NCBI GenBank assembly: GCA_964630485.1
Contig: CAZVUZ010000007.1
Coordinates: 1 to 45,310, forward strand
Direction: 5' to 3'
Source of the DNA: an uncultured Ignavibacteriales bacterium
GTDB lineage: Bacteria > Zixibacteria > MSB-5A5 > GN15 > FEB-12
DNA: 45,310 bases
The notes under the pieces are model-generated. The model was not told the DNA's origin and made no database searches. It saw only the letters and a program-made list of their open reading frames with translations. Below are positions 8,620 to 17,015 of the stretch, piece after piece. Position 1 is the first letter of the stretch; each line of letters opens with the position of its first letter. Both the position numbers and the translations under genes were made by a program.

Positions 8620-9351
8620 CTATGATATTAAGGTGCCCACATCAGCGCCAGTAATAACTCGCATTAAATTTCCTGAGCGGTTAAGATCAATAACCCTGAC
8701 GGGGATCTTATTTTCCATTAGCAGTGAAATAGCCGTTGAATCGATAACCTTCAGCTCTTTGGTAAGCACGTCGCGGTAGCTGAGCCTCGGGTAAAAAACG
8801 GCGTCGCCGTGTTTCTTCGGATCCGTCGAGTATACGCCATCGACATTGGTCGCCTTGATCATAAGCTCGGCGCCGATTTCCATGGCCCTCAGCGAGGCGG
8901 CGGTGTCGGTCGAGACATAAGGTTTGCCGGTTCCGGCCGCGAAAATGACCAGGCGGCCCTTTTCCAGGTGACGGATGGCCCGTCGCCTTATATATGTTTC
9001 GGCGAAAGCCTTGATTTCGACGGCTGATGTGATACGGGTGGTCATACCCATTTTTTCGAGGGTGTCCATGACGGCCAGTGAATTGATAACCGTGGCCAGC
9101 ATGCCCATGGAGTCGGCCGTTACCCGATCCATCCCCCGCTCGGCGGCATTCAGCCCGCGGAAGATATTCCCCCCGCCGACGACGAGACCGACCTCCACAC
9201 CGTGATCCCGGACCTGCTTGATCTCCGAGCAAATCGATTCCACGGTAGGCGTATGTATCCCAAATTGGCCGGGGCCCATGAGAGCCTCACCGGATATCTT
9301 TATCAGTACCCGTTTAAACGCCGAGGGATTGTCTTCAGATGACATTGTCAT
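8620..9351 (-). CDS. pyrH: UMP kinase
   Basis: KISGEAL, GGGNIFRG, D.MGMLATVIN, STDTAASLRA, DGVY..DP; ATGA overlap with tsf stop. Confidence 0.97.
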   Translation of the reverse strand: MTMSSEDNPSAFKRVLIKISGEALMGPGQFGIHTPTVESICSEIKQVRDHGVEVGLVVGGGNIFRGLNAAERGMDRVTADSMGMLATVINSLAVMDTLEKMGMTTRITSAVEIKAFAETYIRRRAIRHLEKGRLVIFAAGTGKPYVSTDTAASLRAMEIGAELMIKATNVDGVYSTDPKKHGDAVFYPRLSYRDVLTKELKVIDSTAISLLMENKIPVRVIDLNRSGNLMRVITGADVGTLIS

Positions 9352-9941
9352 TCACCGAGGCGGAAGCGGCAGAACCTCTTAAGCTGGATGTTCTCACCGA
9401 TATTGGACACCATTTCCTTGACGAACTCGCCTACCGACTTATCGTTGTCGCGGACATAGGGCTGCTCCAGGAGGACTACCTCGGAGTAATACTTCTCGAT
9501 TTTCCCTTCAACGATTTTGTCGACGATTTTCTCCGGCTTGCCCTCGTTGAGCGCCTGCTGGCGATAGATATCGCGCTCTTTTTCGACCATCGTGGTGTCG
9601 ACTTCCTCGCGGTCGATGCAGATCGGAGCGGAAGCAGCGATATGCATGGCGATGTCGCGGGCGAAGGCCTTGAATTTATCGGTGCGAGCCACGAAATCGG
9701 TTTCGCAGTTGATTTCAACCATTACGCCGAGCTTGTCGCCAGCGTGAATATAGGAAGCAATGAGACCCTCGGCCGTGGCCCGGCCTTCCTTCGTGGCGGC
9801 CTTGGCGATACCCTTTTCACGAAGTACCTTGACGGCCTTTTCAAAGTCGCCCTCGGCCTCCGTTAAAGCCTTTTTGCAGTCCATCATCCCCGCGCCGGTT
9901 TTTTCGCGCAGTTCCTTTACCATTTGAGCGCTTATTGCCAT
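9348..9941 (-). CDS. tsf: elongation factor Ts (short form)
   Basis: 197 aa; VKELREKTGAGMMDCKKAL, EINCETDFVA. Confidence 0.97.
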   Translation of the reverse strand: MAISAQMVKELREKTGAGMMDCKKALTEAEGDFEKAVKVLREKGIAKAATKEGRATAEGLIASYIHAGDKLGVMVEINCETDFVARTDKFKAFARDIAMHIAASAPICIDREEVDTTMVEKERDIYRQQALNEGKPEKIVDKIVEGKIEKYYSEVVLLEQPYVRDNDKSVGEFVKEMVSNIGENIQLKRFCRFRLGE

Positions 9942-9952
9942 GGTGTCGTACC

Positions 9953-10750
9953 TTACTGATCTTTTTTGGGTTCCGAGTTCTCGTTCACAGGCTCTTCCGA
10001 AGTGTAGGTCTTCGTCATAACCTTGCGATCTTCTTCAACGGCCGCTTCGATCTGTTGCTGGGACACTTCGCCCCGGGCCTCGACCGCCGCGTCAACTAAT
10101 TGCCGGAGGAGCACCCGGATGGACTTGATGGCATCGTCGTTGCCGGCAATGGGGAAGTCGATCGGGTCGGGATCGGCGTTGGTGTCAATGATGCCAACTA
10201 TCGGAATGCCAAGTTTGGAGGCCTCGGCTACGGCTATCTTTTCCTTCTTGGCATCGACGACAACGACCAACCCCGGCAGGACATTCATATCTTTGATGCC
10301 GCCCAGAACGCGCTCGAGGCGCTCGGCTTCGTGCTCGATCTTGGCCCGCTCTTTCTTGGTAATCTTGTCATAAGTGCCGTCGGCCCGCTGGCGTTCAACG
10401 TCCTTGAGCTTCTTGACAGAATTCTTGATAGTATTGAAATTGGTGAGCATGCCGCCCAGCCAGCGTTCGGTGACATAGAAAGCGCCGCAGCGCCCGGCCT
10501 CGGCATTGATCACTTCCTTGGCCTGCTTCTTGGTGCCGACCATGAGGATGGACTTGCCCCGCGAGACCGTCTCGTGGACCTTCTTCTTGGCATGTTCCAG
10601 AGCATTGACCGTCTTCTGCAGATCAATGATGTAGATACCGTTGCGAGCCGTGAAGATGAAAGGCTTCATCTTGGGGTTCCAACGCCGGGTCTGGTGACCA
10701 AAATGGACACCAGCCTCCAATAATTCCTTAACCTGTGAGGAAATCATCAT
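9953..10750 (-). CDS. rpsB: 30S ribosomal protein S2
   Basis: LLEAGVHFGHQTRRWNPKM, RWLGGMLTNF, DTNADPD, GNDDAIKSI. Confidence 0.98.
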   Translation of the reverse strand: MMISSQVKELLEAGVHFGHQTRRWNPKMKPFIFTARNGIYIIDLQKTVNALEHAKKKVHETVSRGKSILMVGTKKQAKEVINAEAGRCGAFYVTERWLGGMLTNFNTIKNSVKKLKDVERQRADGTYDKITKKERAKIEHEAERLERVLGGIKDMNVLPGLVVVVDAKKEKIAVAEASKLGIPIVGIIDTNADPDPIDFPIAGNDDAIKSIRVLLRQLVDAAVEARGEVSQQQIEAAVEEDRKVMTKTYTSEEPVNENSEPKKDQ

Positions 10751-10880
10751 TACACCTTGGATAATGGTTTTTCTTTACCCCGGCCTCACCTCAGGTCGGA
10801 CCCCGGGGAAAACGGGACCACCGACCTGATCAGCCGAAGCTGTTTATTTCTCCGCCGCGGCGGAGATAGCGCCCGGAAAA
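10751..10880 (-). promoter_or_regulatory. structured rpsB 5' leader (candidate S2 autoregulatory RNA)
   Basis: 9-bp stem TCAGGTCGG/CCGACCTGA (10791-10799/10821-10829), GGGGT motif at 10777-10781 (minus), 18-bp palindrome at 10849-10866. Confidence 0.5.
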
Positions 10881-11276
10881 TTAACGCTTGGAGTACTGGA
10901 AACGCTTCCTGGCCTTGGGCTGTCCGTACTTCTTACGTTCAACCTCACGTGCATCGCGGGTCAAAAAACCGGCGCTGCGCATGGACTTGTGGAGATCCGG
11001 GTTGAGTGCGCAGAGAGCCCGCGCCACTCCCAGACGGATAGCGCCCGCCTGGCCGGTGACTCCACCACCGTTGGTGGAACAGCGAATGTCAAGACTGTCA
11101 AGCATTTCCGCAACCTGCAGCGGTTCCAGGGCGTGGGATATCAGGGTTTCACGACAGAGGTAGTCGGCAATCAACTTACCGTTGACGATGTAAGTCCCTT
11201 TACCCTCGTGAGTCAACGCGACTCGGGCCACCGACTCTTTGCGACGACCGGTAGCCGAAAATGTGCTTTTTTCCAT
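10881..11276 (-). CDS. rpsI: 30S ribosomal protein S9
   Basis: ATGRRKESVARV, GGGVTGQAGAIRLG, LTRDAREVERKKYG..KARKRFQYSKR. Confidence 0.98.
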   Translation of the reverse strand: MEKSTFSATGRRKESVARVALTHEGKGTYIVNGKLIADYLCRETLISHALEPLQVAEMLDSLDIRCSTNGGGVTGQAGAIRLGVARALCALNPDLHKSMRSAGFLTRDAREVERKKYGQPKARKRFQYSKR

Positions 11277-11296
11277 ATGCCCTTAAAATGCCTATA

Positions 11297-11728
11297 TCAA
11301 AGTTCTAGTTTTTCTGGTTTCTGGGCCTGATGCGGATGTTCCGAACCGGAGTACACATGCAGTTTCTTGATCATTTTGCGCCCCAGACGATTTTTCGGAA
11401 GCATGCGCTTCACCGCCATAAAAAATGTCTGCTCCGGTTTCTTCTGCATCAAGTGAGCAAAGGTGGTCTTTTTCAAACCGCCCGGGTAACCCGAGTAATG
11501 ATAATAAGCCAGCTGATCGGGCTTGTTCTTACCGGTCACACGCAGGCCGGAAGCATTAACGGCAATAACATGATCGCCGGTATCGAGATGCGGCGTAAAT
11601 ATGGGTTTGTTCTTACCCCGCAAAATGGTGGCCACCTTGGTGGCGGTACGACCCAAAACCGCGCCTTCGAGATCGATTACATACCACTGCCGGCGCGCAG
11701 GGTCTACTTTCGGAATAAACGTCTTCAT
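11297..11728 (-). CDS. rplM: 50S ribosomal protein L13
   Basis: WYVID....LGR.A, LRGKNKPIFTPHLDTGD.VI, YSGYPGGLK, MLPKNRLGR. Confidence 0.98.
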   Translation of the reverse strand: MKTFIPKVDPARRQWYVIDLEGAVLGRTATKVATILRGKNKPIFTPHLDTGDHVIAVNASGLRVTGKNKPDQLAYYHYSGYPGGLKKTTFAHLMQKKPEQTFFMAVKRMLPKNRLGRKMIKKLHVYSGSEHPHQAQKPEKLEL

Positions 11729-11775
11729 TCATTTCCCCAACTATCGGGATCTAATTCAAAAACAGCCAGACGCTA

Positions 11776-11803
11776 AAAATACACAAAGCGGCAACTTTGT
11801 CAA
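11776..11803 (-). promoter_or_regulatory. sigma70 promoter of the rplM operon
   Basis: minus strand TTGACA-N16-TATTTT, 48 nt upstream of the rplM ATG. Confidence 0.6.
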
Positions 11804-11849
11804 CACAAACGTTGAAAAAAAACCGCCCTAATCGGGATCGCTCTTTAAA

Positions 11850-11876
11850 GTATCGGCTGGCGTCGTAATTCACTTA
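11850..11876 (-). promoter_or_regulatory. sigma28(FliA)-like promoter motif upstream of rplM
   Basis: minus strand TAAG-N15-GCCGATAC versus the known consensus TAAA-N15-GCCGATAA. Confidence 0.45.
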
Positions 11877-11940
11877 CAAACAGCCGCTTACCTTTCGATC
11901 CGAGCCGTCCGGCCCATATTCGACAACCGGAAGCAACTTA

Positions 11941-12504
11941 CTACAACTTGCCCACGAGGTCAAGTCCCGGCTTCAGACTTTTCGCTCCGGGCTGCCAGCT
12001 GGCCGGACAGGCTTCTCCCCCGTTTTCCCTCACAAACCGGGCCGCCTGCAGTTTACGAAGCAGTTCGGCCGAGGAGCGACCGATAGAGTTGTCATTTATT
12101 TCAGATGATTTCACGACGCCGTCCGGGTCAATTATGAAGGTGCCGCGCCAGGCAAGGCCTTCCTCTTCACACATAACGCCATAGTCGCGACATAGGCGAC
12201 CGGTGGGATCGGCCAGCATCGGAAACGTGACTTTCTTAATCGTTTCGGAAGTGTCGTGCCAGGCCTTGTGGACGTAAACGGTGTCGGTCGATGCCACCAG
12301 CACCTCGGCATCGGCTTCTTTGAACTTGTCGATATGGTCGGCCAGTTCGCCCAGTTCCGTAGGACAGACAAACGTGAAATCAGCCGGGTAGAAGAAAAGC
12401 ACCACCCATTTACCGCGATAGTCTTCAAGCTTTACGCGCTTGATGCGCTCGTCGTGAAAGGCCTCCAGGTCGAAACCAGGCGCCGTCTCATTGATCTTTA
12501 GCAT
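11941..12504 (-). CDS. ahpC: typical 2-Cys peroxiredoxin
   Basis: 187 aa from ATG 12504; FYPADFTFVCPTEL (peroxidatic Cys), GEACPASWQPG (resolving Cys). Confidence 0.94.
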   Translation of the reverse strand: MLKINETAPGFDLEAFHDERIKRVKLEDYRGKWVVLFFYPADFTFVCPTELGELADHIDKFKEADAEVLVASTDTVYVHKAWHDTSETIKKVTFPMLADPTGRLCRDYGVMCEEEGLAWRGTFIIDPDGVVKSSEINDNSIGRSSAELLRKLQAARFVRENGGEACPASWQPGAKSLKPGLDLVGKL

Positions 12505-12620
12505 AATGTCTCTCTCAAATCCTGTGTGTAGTTTCATTGATGATTCAGACAACAAATCCGTCCTCGGGAACATCCTCCGAACAGCGCCCGAGTAGGACCT
12601 CCCGACGCACCGCCGGATAT

Positions 12621-12647
12621 TCAGAATCGCAAGTTGCGCTCCGATAA
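12621..12647 (+). promoter_or_regulatory. sigma28-like promoter motif upstream of the small hypothetical gene
   Basis: TCAG-N15-TCCGATAA, 38 nt before GTG 12686. Confidence 0.4.
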
Positions 12648-12685
12648 TAGAGACAACAGCCATTTAGGCGGAGGGTTCTAAAAAA

Positions 12686-12997
12686 GTGCAGAAATCGTAT
12701 CAGAAACTCTTTGAAGATGCCGTGAACGAACAAGCCGCAGTGGTGGGGTCCGAGGCCGCCCGCGATATTGCGCGACGGGCCGGCCTGATCGTGTCGCCGT
12801 CCGGTCGTGTTACCGGTTGCCGGGAAGCGCCACAGTTGGTGCTGCTGCGCCTCGTCACAGCATTTACTAAAACCGGCAGCCTGAGGGCGCTGTCAATTTG
12901 TGCTCCTCTTATCGATGAAGCCCGGCGGGATCTGACTTTGGGGAAACGGGAGTTGAACGGAGCCGCGGAGACTGCTATTTGCGACAAGCTTCCCTGA
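12686..12997 (+). CDS. small hypothetical protein
   Basis: 103 aa, GTG start, GGAGG upstream; protein-like amphipathic helices; fills the gap between ahpC and the SprT gene, overlapping the latter's 3' end by 23 nt. Confidence 0.55.
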   Translation: MQKSYQKLFEDAVNEQAAVVGSEAARDIARRAGLIVSPSGRVTGCREAPQLVLLRLVTAFTKTGSLRALSICAPLIDEARRDLTLGKRELNGAAETAICDKLP

Positions 12998-13595
12998 GCC
13001 GCAGCTTGTAACGGGAGTCGAAACTCTTTCCTTTGGTGCAATAGCCGCATGAGGCCATGCGCAGCCGTCGCTGGCGAGGATATTCGCGGCCGCATTCGGG
13101 ACAGAAATAAATGTACTTCGGGGGACGGAGCAGATCCGGGTGCGGCCGAGCTTTGAGAGAGGCGCCGATGCGGGCCGCCTCGGCCTTGAAGGCGGCGTTG
13201 TGGCGAAAGTGAACGATATGTATCATCTCATGCTTGAGGGTATCGGAAATCTCGCCCGGAAATAGCTCATGATATTTGCGACCGATGCGAATCAGGCGCC
13301 GACCGGGAGTGTAGGATCCTGCCGAACGCATTCGCGTCGAGTATTCTATGACCGTCGGGGGTAGTTTCCCCCCGAAGTAGATCAGATTGAACTGGTCAAA
13401 CATCCGATAGAGCTCGGCCACCGATGGCAGGCCGTCATCCGGCGGGGTCACCTCTTCCCGGCTTACTGTCGCCTGGGCATGTTCGCGTATGGATGTATAC
13501 AGCGTGGCGGGCGCCGGAGGGGCAATGTTCTCCGGCTCGAACAGATCGTAATTAATCCTGGCCAGCGCTCGGCTTGATGTCTTGCTTCCGCTCAT
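12975..13595 (-). CDS. SprT-like zinc metalloprotease with C-terminal zinc ribbon
   Basis: 206 aa; R.RSAG, TLKHEMIH (HExxH), YFCPECG...CGYC; SD AAGGA. Confidence 0.88.
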   Translation of the reverse strand: MSGSKTSSRALARINYDLFEPENIAPPAPATLYTSIREHAQATVSREEVTPPDDGLPSVAELYRMFDQFNLIYFGGKLPPTVIEYSTRMRSAGSYTPGRRLIRIGRKYHELFPGEISDTLKHEMIHIVHFRHNAAFKAEAARIGASLKARPHPDLLRPPKYIYFCPECGREYPRQRRLRMASCGYCTKGKSFDSRYKLRLREACRK

Positions 13596-13629
13596 AGTTC
13601 CTTATCCAATACCGTGTGGATATACCTAT

Positions 13630-13656
13630 ATATCGGAAGACTTCCGATCAACATTA
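13630..13656 (-). promoter_or_regulatory. sigma28-like promoter motif with overlapping 8-1-8 palindrome upstream of the SprT gene
   Basis: minus strand TAAT-N15-TCCGATAT; palindrome ATCGGAAG-A-CTTCCGAT at 13632-13648. Confidence 0.45.
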
Positions 13657-13692
13657 AACTCCGATCGAGGGGCATCCGGGCTCGGGCAGCAA

Positions 13693-14700
13693 TTAGTCGT
13701 CTATTCTCCCGCCCGGGCGAACGCCTTCGTCGGTAATGAAGCAACTAACCACCCCACAAGGAGTTACATCAAACGCGGGCGAGTACACAGGAATTCCTTC
13801 CGGGGCCGTTCGTTTGCCGAAGCCCTCGGTGACCTCCGCGGCCGCCCTCATCTCGATTTTGATATCGTCGCCCGTGGGGGTACCTTCATCGAAGGTCGAA
13901 GATGGGGCGGCGACATAGAACGGCACGCCATGGTGTTTCGCGAGGACGGCAACCGAGTAGGTGCCAATTTTGTTGGCCACATCACCGTTGGCGGCCACGC
14001 GGTCGGTGCCGACGATGACATGGTCGATGCGACCCTGTTTCATCAACATCCCGGCCGTATTGTCGCAGATCAGGGTAACATCGACACCCTCCTGCTGCAA
14101 TTCCCAGGAGGTGAGTCTGGCTCCCTGCAGGAGCGGCCTGGTCTCGTCGGCAAAAACGCTCACCCTTTTGCGCTGCTGGTAGCATGCGTATATCACGGCC
14201 AGGGCGGTGCCGGTTCCACCGGTGGCCAAAGCGCCGGCATTGCAGTGAGTCAGGATCGTGTCACCATCATTTATGAGTTCCGCACCGTGGCGTCCGATAC
14301 TATCGCACATTTTACGGTCTTCCTCGTGGATGGCCTCGGCCTCATTCCAGAGCAGCGCCAGAGTCTCATCGAGCCCATCTGCTGCGGATGCGTCCAACCG
14401 TCCCAGAACACGATCGACGGCCCAAAAGAGATTCACCGCTGTTGGCCGGGCCGACTTGATGTCGGCCGCGACCTGATCGATAAAACCGCGATCACAACGT
14501 CCGGCCCGGTGGACGGCAATGGCCATGGCGTAGGCCGCGGCAATGCCTATTGCCGGCGCACCGCGCACATCGAGTCGCTTGATGGCCTCGATGATATCAA
14601 AATGATTGTCAAGGTCGAGGTACGTAATCTCAAGGGGTAGTCGGGTCTGGGCCAGCAGGCGCAATTTGTCGCCGTGTCGCTGTATCGGATTAAACTTCAT
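13693..14700 (-). CDS. mtnA: S-methyl-5-thioribose-1-phosphate isomerase
   Basis: 335 aa; VRGAPAIG, ARPTAVNL, LTHCNAGALAT, DETRPLLQGARLTSWEL, DVANKIGTY, FDVTP. Confidence 0.95.
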   Translation of the reverse strand: MKFNPIQRHGDKLRLLAQTRLPLEITYLDLDNHFDIIEAIKRLDVRGAPAIGIAAAYAMAIAVHRAGRCDRGFIDQVAADIKSARPTAVNLFWAVDRVLGRLDASAADGLDETLALLWNEAEAIHEEDRKMCDSIGRHGAELINDGDTILTHCNAGALATGGTGTALAVIYACYQQRKRVSVFADETRPLLQGARLTSWELQQEGVDVTLICDNTAGMLMKQGRIDHVIVGTDRVAANGDVANKIGTYSVAVLAKHHGVPFYVAAPSSTFDEGTPTGDDIKIEMRAAAEVTEGFGKRTAPEGIPVYSPAFDVTPCGVVSCFITDEGVRPGGRIDD

Positions 14701-14751
14701 GGGCGTTGTCTCCTCGTTTTCATGCCGGTGAGTGTCCCGGCAATCGCGACC

Positions 14752-15171
14752 CTACTCGCCGACCACCTGCACAATGATCCGGCGGCTACGGGCCTTGTTG
14801 TCGAATTCCAGAAACACCACCTGCTGCCAGGTGCCGAGCGTCATTTCGCCGCCCACAAAAGGAACGGTAATATCGGGCCCCACCAAAGCGGCGCGCAGGT
14901 GCGAAAAACCGTTGCCGTCATGCCAGGTTTCGTCATGCTTATAGGTCCGGTCCGACGGAATCAGCTTCTCCATAAACTCGGGCAAGTCCCTGAGCAAACC
15001 CGGTTCGTATTCGATAGTCGTGATGCCGCCGGTGGAACCGGGGACAAAAACCGTGACACAGCCCGAGTCTACGCCCGATCTTGCGACTATCCGTCGTATA
15101 TCGCCGGAGATATCTACGATATCTCCCGCGCCGCTCGTCTGCAGTTTTATTTCTCTGGTTACCACCACCAC
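14752..15171 (-). CDS. yjbQ: YjbQ/UPF0047 family protein (secondary thiamine-phosphate synthase)
   Basis: 139 aa, GTG start; GSTGGITTIEYEPG, Y.HD..W.DGNG.SH.RA, LGTWQ.VVF.EFD. Confidence 0.88.
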   Translation of the reverse strand: MVVVTREIKLQTSGAGDIVDISGDIRRIVARSGVDSGCVTVFVPGSTGGITTIEYEPGLLRDLPEFMEKLIPSDRTYKHDETWHDGNGFSHLRAALVGPDITVPFVGGEMTLGTWQQVVFLEFDNKARSRRIIVQVVGE

Positions 15172-15210
15172 TGTACCTGCCGTTTCGGACGTCGCCGCCG
15201 AAGAGAGATA

Positions 15211-16881
15211 CTACTCATATATGAATCTCTTGATTTTCTTAGATGACGTCTTTTCAAGTTCTTCCAACTGAATATCGAAAGACGAGATGCGCTTGTAGGC
15301 CGCGACCTCCTCATTGACCTGCCCGACTACGCCGCGGATAATTTCCTGCAGTTTCTCGTCCCCGGCATGGCCGGGCGTAAAGGCGTGCTCGGCCAGGAGC
15401 TGTTCGACGTCGGGCACGATAAGGGCATAGACCTCCTCGCCCTGGCGTCCCTCCTTCCTGCGGCCAAAGACGACCGACTCAAGCACATAGTCAGACTGCA
15501 ACAACTTCTCCTCAAGTTCTTCGGGGTAGATGTTCTTTCCCGCGGAGGAGACAATGACGTTTTTTTTGCGGCCGGTGATCCAGAGGTGGCCGCGATGCAG
15601 GTGACCCAGGTCCCCGGTATAGCACCAGCCGTCGCGCAGGAGTTTCCGCGTTTCTCCCGGATTGTCCCGATAGCCGGGGGTGATGTTATCCCCGCGGACG
15701 ACCACTTCACCGACGCCGGAGGCATCCGGACTGTCGATTCTCACTTCCACGCCCCTGATCGGGGGTCCCACCGAACCGAATTCGATCTCACCGGGACGAT
15801 TAACGGAGATCACCGGTGAGCACTCGGTCATACCGTATCCCTGGAATAGCTCAAAACCAATGAGATTGAAGAACTGGCCGATGTGGCTCGGAAGGGCCGC
15901 TCCGCCGGAGACAAACATTCGCACCGACCCCAATCCGGCCTTCTCCCTGAGACTCCCAAACAGCTTAGGGCCGCTCCTGCGACCCAGCCGCCAGGCGAGG
16001 CCGGACGCCTGGTACATGACCTGGAAAAGAATCCGTTTGGAAGCCGGAGCCGAGCTCAGACGACGTTTGAAGGAGTGATACATTTTCTCGAAAATCAGGG
16101 GTACGCCCGTCATGACGGTGGCCTGATTATAGGTGATATCCTCGATTATCTCGCGCGACTTATAAGACCGGGCATAGACAACCGTGGCTCCGGCGATAAG
16201 CGGTGTCAGAAAGCCGCAGGTAGCTTCAAAGGTGTGATGCAGAGGGAGAATGCACATGAAAGTGTCTGAGGACCCGAAAACGATTGATCTACTGATAGAA
16301 TCGAGGTTTGCCAGTAAATTGCGGTGTGTCAGCTCCACGGCCTTGGGTGCGCCGGTGGTGCCGGAGGTATAGATCAGCACGGCCACTTTATCAGACGGTA
16401 CCTCGACCTCACCCGGCGTCGAATCCAGCAGTTTTTTCCAATATTGGTCCCGTTCCTGCCCGTCGAGGGAAATCACCCTGAGGTGCTCGCCCACGTCTTC
16501 GAGCCCGGCTTCGAGTCTACCCGACACAAAGGCGGCACCGATGCCGGAATGACCGACGATGTAGGCTATTTCATTGGCCTTGAGGTTAGCGTCGATGGGC
16601 ACCACCGTTCCCCCGGCGGCAAGCACGGCCAGATAGGCAATCGGCCATTCGGGACGATTCTCCGCAAGGAGTCCGACGCCTCGGTCGTCGATATAACCAC
16701 CTTCAATAAGGCCGGCCGCAAGCCTCCTGACCGAATCCAGTACCTCGGCATAGGTCCAGAACCGCCCGCGACCGCCTTCGGCTTTGAGGGCCACGGCCTG
16801 CGGCTGCTGCCGGGCGGTTTTCTCGAAAGCCCGGTAAACGGACTTACTGGATATGATATCGCGGGGTTCGGGAAGTCTCAT
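15211..16881 (-). CDS. AMP-binding enzyme, long-chain acyl-CoA synthetase-like
   Basis: 556 aa; IYTSGTTGAPKAV, GYGMTECSP, YTGDLG, GRKK.VIV...GKNIYPEE. Confidence 0.9.
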   Translation of the reverse strand: MRLPEPRDIISSKSVYRAFEKTARQQPQAVALKAEGGRGRFWTYAEVLDSVRRLAAGLIEGGYIDDRGVGLLAENRPEWPIAYLAVLAAGGTVVPIDANLKANEIAYIVGHSGIGAAFVSGRLEAGLEDVGEHLRVISLDGQERDQYWKKLLDSTPGEVEVPSDKVAVLIYTSGTTGAPKAVELTHRNLLANLDSISRSIVFGSSDTFMCILPLHHTFEATCGFLTPLIAGATVVYARSYKSREIIEDITYNQATVMTGVPLIFEKMYHSFKRRLSSAPASKRILFQVMYQASGLAWRLGRRSGPKLFGSLREKAGLGSVRMFVSGGAALPSHIGQFFNLIGFELFQGYGMTECSPVISVNRPGEIEFGSVGPPIRGVEVRIDSPDASGVGEVVVRGDNITPGYRDNPGETRKLLRDGWCYTGDLGHLHRGHLWITGRKKNVIVSSAGKNIYPEELEEKLLQSDYVLESVVFGRRKEGRQGEEVYALIVPDVEQLLAEHAFTPGHAGDEKLQEIIRGVVGQVNEEVAAYKRISSFDIQLEELEKTSSKKIKRFIYE

Positions 16882-16954
16882 GCCGCAATTTAGGCTGTCG
16901 AGGTGTCTATGAAAAGGGAAAATTGGCGCCGGTTGGCCCGGCAGGATTCACGGA

Positions 16955-16994
16955 AACAAGAAAGGCCGCCGAGCAAGAAATGCTCGACGGCCTC
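16955..16994 (-). terminator. intrinsic terminator ending the pil/Ig-lipoprotein transcript
   Basis: minus strand AGGCCGTCGAGCA-TTTCT-TGCTCGGCGGCCT followed by TTCTTGTTT, just after the stop at 17016. Confidence 0.75.
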
Positions 16995-17015
16995 TAGAAT
17001 TGTATAAATGATCGT

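Noticed and set aside
12505..12663. 53-aa N-terminal extension of AhpC in the ORF track
   Set aside because: ATG 12504 gives the canonical 187-aa AhpC with a purine-rich SD; the extension is not protein-like. Similar over-extended starts were trimmed for NlpC/P60, UbiA, CBS1/2, the prepilin, SDR, ddl and cysS.
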